64,000 bases of DNA from Obrimoposthia wandeli (GCA_977020255.1 CDROCS010000023.1:124001-188000), one strand, 5' to 3'. Counted from the stretch's first letter, positions 50,752 to 61,615 are shown. Notes: generated by a model from the sequence alone, not told the origin. Numbers and translations: made by a program.

Positions 50752-51054
50752 TTATTTTTTTGTGGAAGGACTCTCTTCCGGTTTAATCTGGAGGATTCGA
50801 ACATCCTCCGTCTCTTCGCTTCTTTTTTCCTCCACCTTCTTTTTTTCCATTTCGATTTTCTTGTTCCACTCCACAACCCGACATCGTTCTGCTAGCCGCC
50901 TGTCCTGAATCTCCACCCGACGATTCCACTCGATCGCGACAGCAGTATATAAATTCTGGTTGAGGATCCTCTTTCGTAAGTCTCCTTTCTTCTCATTTAT
51001 TCTTATGTTTGCCTCGATCTTCGTCACCAAACTTTGCAATTTAATAAATTCCAT
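50752..51054 (-). CDS. Small charged coiled-coil protein (100 aa)
   Basis: Intact ORF with an upstream TATATATATAG. An inverted decayed copy lies at about 57765-57990. Confidence 0.55.
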   Translation of the reverse strand: MEFIKLQSLVTKIEANIRINEKKGDLRKRILNQNLYTAVAIEWNRRVEIQDRRLAERCRVVEWNKKIEMEKKKVEEKRSEETEDVRILQIKPEESPSTKK

Positions 51055-51346
51055 TTTTTAATTATGACGATGTTAATAAATTTGAACCTATATATATAAA
51101 TTTAAGATATTTTTAATCCAATCACAAGCAATTAAAATATATTTATCAAATGAAAGTTTAATAAATATATAACTAATCATTGCTTTTATATTTAATCCTA
51201 AAATTTTTTAATTATTCCTTAACAATCCATTCACATTTGAATAAGTTAACTTTATTTTTAATCTTGTTATTTTAATAAACTTAAGTAGTATATTTTAATA
51301 TTACTAAATTCTAAAATAAATAATAATAAAAAGACAACACAAGAAA

Positions 51347-53453
51347 CTAATGTTTAATAATTATATTTTTGAACATTTTTACGAAGTCATCATTGGGATC
51401 ATCCGGGTCGTAATCCCTCCGACTTAGTTTTATAGGAGAGAGCGGTACAGGTTCCTTCTTCTTTGGCCGGCCCGGTTTCTTTTTCGGCTTCACCGGTTGC
51501 TGTACAGCAATTGTCCTTCCCTCAGGTTTTGGCAATAGTTGCCGCAACGTTTTGGGAGGAGGTGCAGCCGATGTTGATGGCCCGGACATAGAAGCAGTAG
51601 CCTTCCTCTTCCGCGGAGCTTTCTTCTGTTTCTCCTCCTTCTCACGCTGAAGCTGGCGTGAGACGGCATCCTGTTGCCCACGCGAATCTGGAAGCATTGC
51701 CGGTGTATCCAGTTCCGCCAGGAATTCGTCCAAACCAGCGTCATCCCAGGCCCTCTTCAAGTTTTGGCTGGTTGTTGGACGAGGAGAAGCAGTCTCATGC
51801 AGACGTGGTTGACTCGAGGGCGGACTTATCTCGATCGGCGAGACTGGGATCCTCTCGTATAAAATTGGACCGTCGTCCACTGGAGGAGGGAGAATCTCCT
51901 GCTGGCCAATCACCGCCTCAGAATAATGGCCAATTGAGGTGCGAATTTTTCTCGAGCGCCTCGTCTTCTTCACCTCTGCCCGCTTTGTCCTTTTCTTAGG
52001 GAAAGGAGTAACTTCTCCCCAAGTCTCCTCAATTATCCGGACAGGTTCCTGCAAATGAAAACAAAAATAAAATTTCAAATAAATTTTATTTAATTAAAAA
52101 AATATTTAAAATACCTAAAAATTACCTCAATAATCTTATACGGACGTTTTTCCGGCCGCTCAATCGTTACTTCACTCGAATTGAGCAGACAGGATTTCGC
52201 CTTTCTAAGACGCCATGTCTTCCGTACAGCAGCCTGCTTCGTTCGCTTCTGCGGGAAAGGATAAATTTTGGCCCATGTATCCTCAGTTAATATTATTGGT
52301 TCCAGCAACAAAAAAACCTTATAAAATTTAAACATATAAATAATTTACCTCGATGACGGGTAGATTAGCCTGTTTCACCAACTTGGCATTCTTCCGATGG
52401 ACCGTATTGGTTTTGACCCGATGACGTCGAAGTTTCTTAACTGCCGCTTGCTTCCTATCGACAGGTAGTCTCCGAGATGCCTCCTCCCAAATTTCCTCCA
52501 CCAATTCAGCTTCCTAAGTGAATAATTAAATAAATTTACTAATTTATAATAATATACCTCAATTTTAGCCGGAGTCGGTAGGTATCTCTGATCAATCCTG
52601 GGATCATCCTGGCTACATTGACTCGCCAAGTATTGCGGTTCAATTAGCCTCTCAATCGTGGTCACTGACGGTGCCAAATCCAGTTGCAGTTTCTGAAAAT
52701 AAAATTAAAAAACATTTTAAATAAATGATTTCTAACCTCATTCGTCGCCTTTATTCTCCTAACAGGACGTATCGGAGATTGTGGCCTTCTGAATGGATCA
52801 GGCACTGTATTGTCGGGTATCGGAGTCGGAGTTGTAGAGGGAGTGAGACCATCCCATTCGTCGGTGAACAGATGCCACTCATCTTCATCCATTTCTGCAA
52901 CCATGGACTCGTTGGCTCCTGGGGCTCCGATACTTGGCTGTATCCACTCCTCCTCCCCATCCGACGGAACGTCATCAGTAAACAGCTCCTCGTCTGAGTC
53001 TGGTGCCAGTATTATCTCCGGTTGAGACAGCGGGATCAATTTCCAGGGGCATTTGATTGCCGCCTCAAAATTGTCAAAGAGATTGGATCTCCTTGCTGCT
53101 ACTGCTGAAGTTGCCGGACGATTGGCTTCTGTGTTCAGCCTGGGAGTACAGTCTTCCCAATTCTCTATCGATTCCTGACTAGTCAGATCGATATATTGGG
53201 ATCTCTGTACCCCACCTCGCACGCTCATATGTTCTTCTCTTGGAGTTGAGCTGGCCAATGGCGGTTCTTCTAGCAACAGTTGGGCTCTTGCTGCTGCTTC
53301 TCCTTCGTCTCCTTCACTCACCACCGACGAGTCTTGACTAAGTAAGTCAATGTACTGCGCCGGTGGTGGCGTTCGCTGCTGTACTGGAGAGAGATCTCCA
53401 TACAGCTGAACCTCCGTCTCTTCATCCAAATCGACGTTGTTGAAATTTTACAT
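51347..53453 (-). pseudogene. Five-exon, about 630-aa intrinsically disordered nuclear-type protein (SIM-like, NLS and AT-hook-like motifs)
   Basis: Exons 53453-52737, 52692-52558, 52513-52349, 52302-52126 and 52048-51347. All introns are phase 0 (44, 44, 46, 77 nt) and give one continuous frame. Codon 2 is TAA and the intron-3 acceptor reads TG. TATATAAG at 53516-53509. Confidence 0.7.
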
Positions 53454-53850
53454 TCTTGCTTCTTGATTAATGATATTTGATTTATGAAAAATAATGAAAA
53501 GAGGTTTCCTTATATACAAAAAGAATAGACTAACCCTCTTTTGTCGTCCAATGAGAGTGGGTTAATCAAATAATTTATTTGAAAATCAGTAGGCTTTTCT
53601 CAATTTTTTAACTATGTTTGAATGCTGGAATGTCATTGGATAAAACATATTTTATTCGAAAATATAACTATTTTCTTAAGATTTTGTTGCTTAAGTTTAA
53701 CGTCCAATGAAAACGTATTATTCTAAGAATTTATGGTATTTTCTTAAATTTTGTTGATGTTTGAATACATGTATATCTTTGGATTTAAAATAGTAATCTT
53801 TTCTTGACTGTACATGTTTGTATGGTATAAAAAATTCATGAACCTATTTA

Positions 53851-53873
53851 AGGTCAAGTTAAGGTCATGACCT
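53851..53873 (+). promoter_or_regulatory. Composite nuclear-receptor half-site cluster (AGGTCA DR5 plus IR0)
   Basis: AGGTCA-agtta-AGGTCATGACCT, about 290 bp inside the right terminus and upstream of the five-exon gene. Confidence 0.4.
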
Positions 53874-54159
53874 GTTCGCGAGCCTGTATTTATTACTCGT
53901 TGATCCACCGCGAGCCCGGAGGGCACGCTTTGGCCAATATTTTGGCGACTCAGAACCTTAATCAAAATTTTTGGAGCATTATGAGATTTTTAAATTTAAA
54001 GGGTGTTATATGGAGTTAATTATTTTTTTGAGTGTTTGGGAGGGGGGGTAGAAAGTCTTTCTACACACCTACACGAAATTTCACTCCACACACATGCACG
54101 GTTTTAAAGGACAGTAGGGGGGAGGGGAGTGTGGATTAGACCGGACACATCCACCTACT

Positions 54160-57100
54160 CATCTACAATAGCTTACAATAGCTTAATTTTTAAAATGAAG
54201 AAAATACAAAGAAGCATACCCTGTTTTAAAGCTTTGATCAAAGTCCCTTCTCATAAGAGAATGATTATTCTTAAAGCATTTCCATCTTTTGTTGTAGATG
54301 ATTTATTGGAAGTTTTGTATAATATATAGTTTTGGGTCGAGTAAAAGTTGGAAAACGGAAAAATATATTAAAGAAATATAGAAAAACTCTTCTAGATATT
54401 GCTAATGTAAAAAGTAAAAAAGGAAACGAAATATTATTCTTAAACAGAATGGTGGTTTCATAATAGCTGTTATTCTAGTTGTGATGTTTGTTGACAAAAG
54501 TCATTCCACCACGTATACCATAATCATACATTTGATACATCGCAGGATCTTGCAGTAACTCTTGCAGTTGCTCATGAAAGACCGGGTAAACTAAAGAAAT
54601 GCATGGGATCTAGCCCATCCTCTGCTAAAGATTTTACACGAAAGGACTCAAACACATCAGCTAAAAGATAAATGTCTAACTTCATATAATAAAGCATATA
54701 ATCTAGAAGATTTCGACCATTATTCTCCTAAAATGTACGGGCCTCATTATAGTCTTGAAGACTTACACCCTCAAATTCAGTTATGGGTGGGATTTCTGTA
54801 GTAGTTTCCAAATCTGCACAGGTTTTCGCAAATTTATACGGAAAAATTCCCTTATCATTAACCGAAGCTGGGAACACTGACTGTGTAGTTGGCCATGCAT
54901 TTAAAGATGCCGTTAAATATTTTAAAGACCCGCTCAAAAACTGCAGAGAATCTATGAATCTTAAACTGCAGAATTCAGTATATGCAGTTAAAGATAAATT
55001 TTTCTCAGAAGTTTGAGGTATACATGAAATTTCCCAATAGCTTAATTTACCCAAAGCGTATTTAAATATATGATGCAAATCATATCCTTTGAGGTTATGT
55101 AACACGATGGGAATTCGTGGTATTTTAGGGAGACGACGGCCAATGTTACAGAGGTTGCACGCTGCTCCCAAGTATCGCCCCGTAACATGATCGTGATCTC
55201 TGACTAACTTAGATTGGGTTCCACACAAATAACATAATCTACAAGAATTAAAATTAACCCAGTCTATGCCTGTCATGATCATTGCTTGATGAGCATTAAG
55301 ATCATACCACGGTTTGATAATTGTTGTTCCTAATTCTTTTCAAAAGCTATTCTAACCTAAATGGTAAGCAAAGAATCATGGCCATCTACTCGAACTCGAA
55401 GAGGTGGATTAGTCCAGGTATATCTAACTACTTGCACGGTATATTTTCATAAATGCAATAAAAACCGCTTGTTTTAAAGAAGTATCTGAAATTAGATAAG
55501 ATTATATCCTCCTGATAACTCATCGAATTCTCACAACAAATAGCATGACTCATTTATATTTCCGGACAAAAACTACGAGTATCTAATTTAATAATAGGGG
55601 GCCTTACTTAATAGTCGTCAAAGGCAGCAATACAATCAGGAATTTATCCGATTACACCCGAAGTTTGGCTGGGGGTATGACCTCCAAGGGTTTTATAACC
55701 CCTTAAAATTAATTATTTTGTCAATGATCATTCAAACAGTAGCAATGTGTTGGTGGGCCTCCAATGGTTCAAATCTCTGGAGAATGGCTAGAAGTTTGCT
55801 TTTTAAAATAAGTTGAACAACATTTACACACCACCATTTTACTAGAAATTTATTTCAATTAAATTCTTTTATGGTTTCTTTTGCAATTTAAAAACCATTT
55901 TAAATGTAGATTGAGAAAATTTTGGAACACTCTCTATAAATGTGTGTATTGCATAACTGTCAAAAAGAATTTTTTTTTAAGAGTTATTTAGTTTATTATA
56001 CATTAACCAGTGGCCTAAAATATTTCAATGGGTCTTTGAAAACTTCTTAATTTGTCAGAGTTAAGGCCTGGTTGGGTTCTGTTGAGAAATTAGGGGTTGA
56101 AATTTAAAAACCAAATAAAAAATTCCTCGTAATTTGGGATTTATCCCATTCTCATCGTCATGACACCACATATTCAGCGAATTTACCAAATAGACAGTTA
56201 GGGCACTGGTTTGTGTGGTATTTACAAGAAATTATGACTCAACAAAAATGTTCATTATATATTTGAAAATTAAATCGAATGAATATTTTACCACAAAGAA
56301 AACTTTGCAAATAATTTATATTCTTTTCCCTACCTGTGCCATATACATTAAATTACATTTTCTTATAAAGCAGCATTGTTTTGCTGATTCCATGGATCAT
56401 TTTGGATCCCGATTGGGAACGGATTAAATCATACCCTTGAACCAATTAACACAAAACTAAAACACATCTGACTTTATTTCGCGAGTCTAAATATCAAATA
56501 TTTGCAGTGAAGCAGGACAAGTAAGCTTGATGTTCATCGAAGAAGTCTCGAAACTCCTTCTCCTCCATAGTTCTGCAGAATGTGCAGATGAAGTACACAT
56601 GCCCATGAGACTTTGTCCGATAGTAGACGGACATTACCGCCATGCAGGAAACTCCGTAACAGGTTACACGTAATCTGAAATAATAAATATTAATAAATAA
56701 ACAAAAAATAAAGGTTCTTACAATATTCATTATTTTAAAATTCGGGGATTTATATGAAAAAGGTGTTTGTTTATATACTAAATTTTATGCACACATGCTC
56801 TTTTCTTATTGGATGACAATATTGAATTTATTCCTCCACTGAGAAGGGTTGTTTATCTGTTATTGGTTGATAATATTATTTTTAATATATTTTATTCCTC
56901 CAATTAAAAGGTTTGTTCATTTGGATTTAGATATTTTGTTATTGGTTGAAAATGTTATTTTTATATATTGTATTTCTCCATTTAGAAGTATTGTTTATCT
57001 ACATGTCAAGTAATAATAAGATAGACTTAAACACTTTTTATATTGGCAATGATCACCATGATCACGATATGGACAGCAAATATTCTGTGGAATTTTTAAT

Positions 57101-57445
57101 GGATGATCACGGGAAATATTTGAGGTATTCAATCTCAAATTTGGAAAATAATTTTTTAAAGTCTTAAACTTTTTGCCATCCATTTCATCTAAAACATAAA
57201 AAATCCATAGAATCCTCTCGTACAAAATTGGCCCGTCGTCCACTGGAGATGGGAGATACTCCTATCGGCCAATCACCACATCTCTAGAATTGAGCATTGC
57301 GGTGTTACATTTTCTTACAATTTCTCCCCATTTCACCTCAATTATCTGGACTAGTTTCTGTAAAAAATTAATAAAATTTAAGCGTATAAAAAATTTAAAA
57401 TAATAATAGAGGGTGGATTAGACCAGACATATCCACATACATACC
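54160..57445. mobile_element. Polinton family A copy 2 (scrambled and deleted, same orientation as copy 1)
   Basis: Contains a pX-like copy (+), the pPolB N-terminal part (-), a ZnF gene copy (-), a fused spliced-gene/exonuclease segment (-), and a degenerate right terminus (gtggattagaccagacatatccac) at about 57412-57440. Confidence 0.75.
54480..55430 (-). pseudogene. pPolB N-terminal region with an endonuclease VII-like His-Me finger and exonuclease motifs
   Basis: CYLCG...VRDHDHVTGRYLGAACNLCN, IPIVLHNLKGYDLHHI (Exo II), FIDSLQFL, KGIFPY; after a frameshift, KLDIYLLADVFESFR..EDGLDPMHFFSLPGLS (Exo III). Confidence 0.92.
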
Positions 57446-57637
57446 GAGAATATTTGTTCTTTAAATATTCTGTATACAGGTATAAATATATGTTGTGTTT
57501 GTAGAATCTAACTATTTTTGTAAAATCATTAAATTCTTTAACGGACAATTGAATTTTTAATGATCTGCCGGGTAACAATTAAAGGGCGCTAATAAAAAAC
57601 ATGAATTTTCAGTTGAATCTAATTAGTGTTTATTATC

Positions 57638-58350
57638 AGTAGGTGGATGTTTCCGGTCTAATCCACACCCCTCCCCCTGTCTTTTAAACCCGTGCATGTG
57701 TGTGGAGTGTGGACTATATCCTAGTTTTTTCGCCCCTCCTCCCACCGCCCACCGCCCACCGTACAGAATTTGTATACTGCTGTCGCGACCGAGTGGAATC
57801 GTCAAGATAGGCGACTAACAGAACGACGTCGGGTCGTGGAGTAGAATAAGAAGATCGAAATGGAAAAGAAGAAGGTGGAGGAAAAAAATAAGAGAATAGA
57901 TGGAGGATCATCGGCGCGCAGCAAGAAAGAGAATCCTCCAGATTAAACCGGAAGGGGGTGCTTCTACAAAAAAGGAAAATTTTGATTATTATTTTGTAAA
58001 TATATTAGTAAAGGATCAGATAGACGGATCGCGTTTTCAAGAATTTATTTGATTTAAGAATATATATTCAGAGTAAGAGATCGTTTATCAAAAACCAGAT
58101 TCCACAAATATCGATTGATTCAAGGAATGGAAATGAATTAGAAGTCAAACATTTTTGTAGTTTAACAATTGTTTTTAGTGAACTTGAAAAAATAGAGAAA
58201 TAGAAAGTACTAGAGAAATAATTCACATATGTAGCTTTGTTCCAATTTCACCTTTCTTGTAATCATAAAGCCGAATTGTTACAGTCCATTGCTTCTTTAT
58301 CGGAAACGCATCAACATATATTTCTCTTCCAGATTCATCTAAAAATGATG
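57638..58350 (+). mobile_element. Polinton family A copy 3 remnant (inverted right end)
   Basis: Starts AGTAGGTGGATGTTTCCGGTCTAATCCACAC with right-end subterminal sequence, then the coiled-coil gene copy on + and a fragment of the 43371-43913 gene. Confidence 0.75.
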
Positions 58351-58506
58351 CATCATATACTTTAATACGCGTTAGGAACTTTAAGATCATGGGAATAATC
58401 TTTTATACCTCAAAATGCGGAGAAATATTTATCACATGCCAACTTTATGTGGATGTATGATGTGGAAGAGTTGAATAAGTTGATGACAGATGTTAGCTAT
58501 TTGGTT

Positions 58507-61500
58507 AGTAGGTAGAAGGATGGAGTCTAGACCACTTGACCCCCCCCCCTTGTGCGCACACAAATGTTAAAGGATTTTTCAACATAAGGGTGTCACACCA
58601 TAAGGGTGTCTTGCCACACCATAAGGGTATATGTTGCCTCACCATAGAAATGTCACACCATGAAGGTATATGTTGACTCACCATAAGGGTGTCACACCAT
58701 AAGGGTATATGTTGCCTCACCATAAGGGTCTGGCTCAGAAAGGTTAAGATAGGGGGGAGGGGGGAAGGGTCAAGTGATCTAGTCTCCACCCTTCTTTGGT
58801 ATACCACTATGGTCGTCCATAATTCAAAGGGTCAAGGTCAGTTTTGACTTGAAGGTTTTAAGGTATGATCATGACCGTCTATGGTTGGCCATCACATCTA
58901 AAGGGTTGTGGTCGTCCATAAATCAAAGGGTCAGACTCAGTTTTGACTTGAAACTTTGAAGGTATAATTAAGGTCAACTATGGTTGGCCATCACATCTAA
59001 AGGGTTGTGGTCGTCCATAGGTCAAATGGTCGGACTAAAAAAAAATTAAAATATCAAGGTTTTAGTACATGGTTGTAATCATCTTTAGAAGACGAAGTCA
59101 CCCATAAAGTATGACTGTCCATAAATCAAAGGGTCGAGCTATAGACCAAATCAAGTTTTAAATGTCAAGGTTTTAATACATGGTTGGAATCATCTTTAGA
59201 AGACGAATTCATCCATATATGTATGGTCGTCCATAGATGAAGGGTTAAAGAAAAGTTGGAATTTCATAGTTTTAAGTACATGGTTGTATTTGTCAACATA
59301 TTACGAGTTTAATCATGTAAAAATTTTATGGTCGTTCACAAGGTAAGGGTTAGATTTGGCATAAATTAAGAAATTATATAGTATTCAATCAATTATTCTA
59401 TGTGAAAGTTCACTATTATCAGTTAAGGAATGTATTACGTAATCACACACACACTATTCTATGTGAAAATTAAGGCTAAAGTTCACTCTTATCAGTTAAG
59501 GAATGTGGCTTTTAACACACATACTATTCTATGTGAAAATTTAGATCAAATATACTCTTAAGGTTATTCATACTTTAAGAGGTCCTGGTGAAAAAATAAA
59601 AATATTTTTTAAATTTAAATTTGTGCCAAATTATTTTGTTAGATTTTGATAAAGTTAAACAAATTTAATTTATAGAATTTTTTTTTTTAAAAATATTAAA
59701 GTAACATTATTTAAAATAAATATTAAGGAAAATGTTAATAAACTCNNNNNNNNNNNNNNNNNNNNNNNNNNNNNNNNNNNNNNNNNNNNNNNNNNNNNNN
59801 NNNNNNNNNNNNNNNNNNNNNNNNNNNNNNNNNNNNNNNNNNNNNNNNNNNNNNNNNNNNNNNNNNNNNNNNNNNNNNNNNNNNNNNNNNNNNNNNNNNN
59901 NNNNNNNNNNNNNNNNNNNNNNNNNNNNNNNNNNNNNNNNNNNNNNNNNNNNNNNNNNNNNNNNNNNNNNNNNNNNNNNNNNNNNNNNNNNNNNNNNNNN
60001 NNNNNNNNNNNNNNNNNNNNNNNNNNNNNNNNNNNNNNNNNNNNNNNCGCAAATTTTTATCCATTTTATTTATGTAATTAAACAATTCCTGGTGGAAAAT
60101 AAAAATTACTTGTAATTTTGTTTTCTTCAAAATAATAATTTAAATTTGCGCCAATTTAATTTGTTAGATATTAATAAAGTTAAACAAATTTTAATTTAAC
60201 AAGTTTTTAAATATTAAAGTACCAACACATCTATCAATCAATTATTCTATGTGCAAGTTCACTCTTATTAGTTAAGGAATGTATTACGTAATCATACACA
60301 CACTATTCTATGTGAAAATTTAGTCTAAAGTTCACTCTTATCAGTTAAGGAATGTGGTTTTTAACACACACACTATTCTATGTGAAAGTTTAGATCAAAA
60401 TTTTTTCCTAGGCTTATACATCTATAGAATTATGATAAAATTTCTTTAAATAACTTAAATTATATATTAAAATAAGAAAGAAGTCAGAGAATAATACAAA
60501 ATTAAACACATTTATTATGTAATTTCATAATATCATCTTCAAACTTAAGTGAATAACATTTACAAAGTAAGAAAGTCCATTCTTTATACATTCTTTTCGT
60601 TTCAATGACTAAGTTACAACAGAAAAAAAAACAAAACACTAAGTTTAACGCTATGAATGAAAATTAGTAAAATATTAATTTATTTGAATATTTGAATGAT
60701 AGTTTGAATAAATGAGAGTTAGATTGAATGTAAATGAATACAAGTATGAATGCAAGTATGAATGTAATTTACAAGTAAGAGTCTTAGCAAGTGAATGTAA
60801 TTTTTAAAAAAAAATAAGAGTGTCGATAGTTTGATTGAATACAAGTGTAATTTAGACTAAAAGTAAATTAAAATAGAGTTTTCGTTGAATAAATTATAGT
60901 TAGATTGAATGTAAATGAATGCAAGTATGAATACAAGTGAATGCAAATACTAGTAAGAGTCTTAGCAAATGAATGTAATTGGGGAAAAAAAATAAGAGTG
61001 TCGATAGTTTGATTGAATGCGAGTGTAATTAGACTATAAGTAAATTAAAATAGAGTTTTCGTATGAATAAAGTTATGTTAAGTTACAGTTAGATTAATAA
61101 CAAGTAATCAACTATAAGAAGCAGTGATATTGAAGTATGTTAAAAGTTAGAACGACTAAGTTACAGCAAGATTAATAGAAAACAACACTAAGTTTGAAGG
61201 TATGAATGAAAATTAGTAAAATATTAATGTATTTGAATGTAATTGAATGATAGTTTGAATAAATTACAGTTAGATTGAATGTAAATGAATGCAAGTATGA
61301 TTGAATGCTGTTACAAGTACAAGTAAGAAAGAATACGACTGCAAGTACGAATGTCAATTATGAATGAAAATTAGTAAATATATTAATGAATTTGAATGCT
61401 AGTTTAAATATGCGAGAGTTAGAATGAATGTAAGTGAATGCAAGTATGAATGCAAATACAAGTAAGAATCTTTGCAAGTGAATCTAAAAATGCAAGTGAG

Positions 61501-61615
61501 TACTAGCTAATTATTAAATTAATACTATCAATCAATGAAGATGATGTAACAACCTGATGAAGTTATAATAATTAAGATGTGAACTTTCATATTTTCACAT
61601 AGTTTACCCCATGTT
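58507..61615 (-). mobile_element. Family-B Polinton-like end, inverted relative to 36690-39754
   Basis: Terminus AGTAGGTAGAAGGATGGAGTCTAGA at 58507, ccataagggt repeats, about 70-bp ctattctatgtgaaa repeats, a pPolB tail remnant at about 60480-60600, and the minisatellite at 60640-61500. Confidence 0.7.
59746..60047. other. Assembly gap (N run)
   Basis: 302 consecutive N. Confidence 1.

Larger units (their letters stand above)
43184..54159. mobile_element. Polinton/Maverick-like element, family A copy 1 (about 11 kb, decayed, internally deleted)
   Basis: Inverted termini AGTAGGT(A/G)GATGTGTCCGGTCTAATCCA at 43184 (+) and 54159 (-). Contains an A32-like ATPase, a chromodomain integrase and pPolB. 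No matching target-site duplication (left flank gatatc, right flank catcta). Confidence 0.88.

Noticed and set aside
43184-54159. Target-site duplication, major capsid protein and adenain protease for copy 1
   Set aside because: The flanks gatatc and catcta do not match. I recognised no double jelly-roll or His-Asp/Glu-Cys protease motifs. Only an HMM search could exclude very divergent remnants.
58752-58769. G-quadruplex near the family-B terminus
   Set aside because: Only three separable G3 tracts, so a three-tier intramolecular G4 is not supported.
59732-60130. ORFs spanning the N run
   Set aside because: They are artefacts of the assembly gap.
36690-61615. Treating the 3-kb inverted arms as the TIRs of one 25-kb giant element
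   Set aside because: The terminal motif polarity is wrong: ...ACT ends at 39754 and AGT... starts at 58507, so the element bodies point outward. They are ends of two separate copies.
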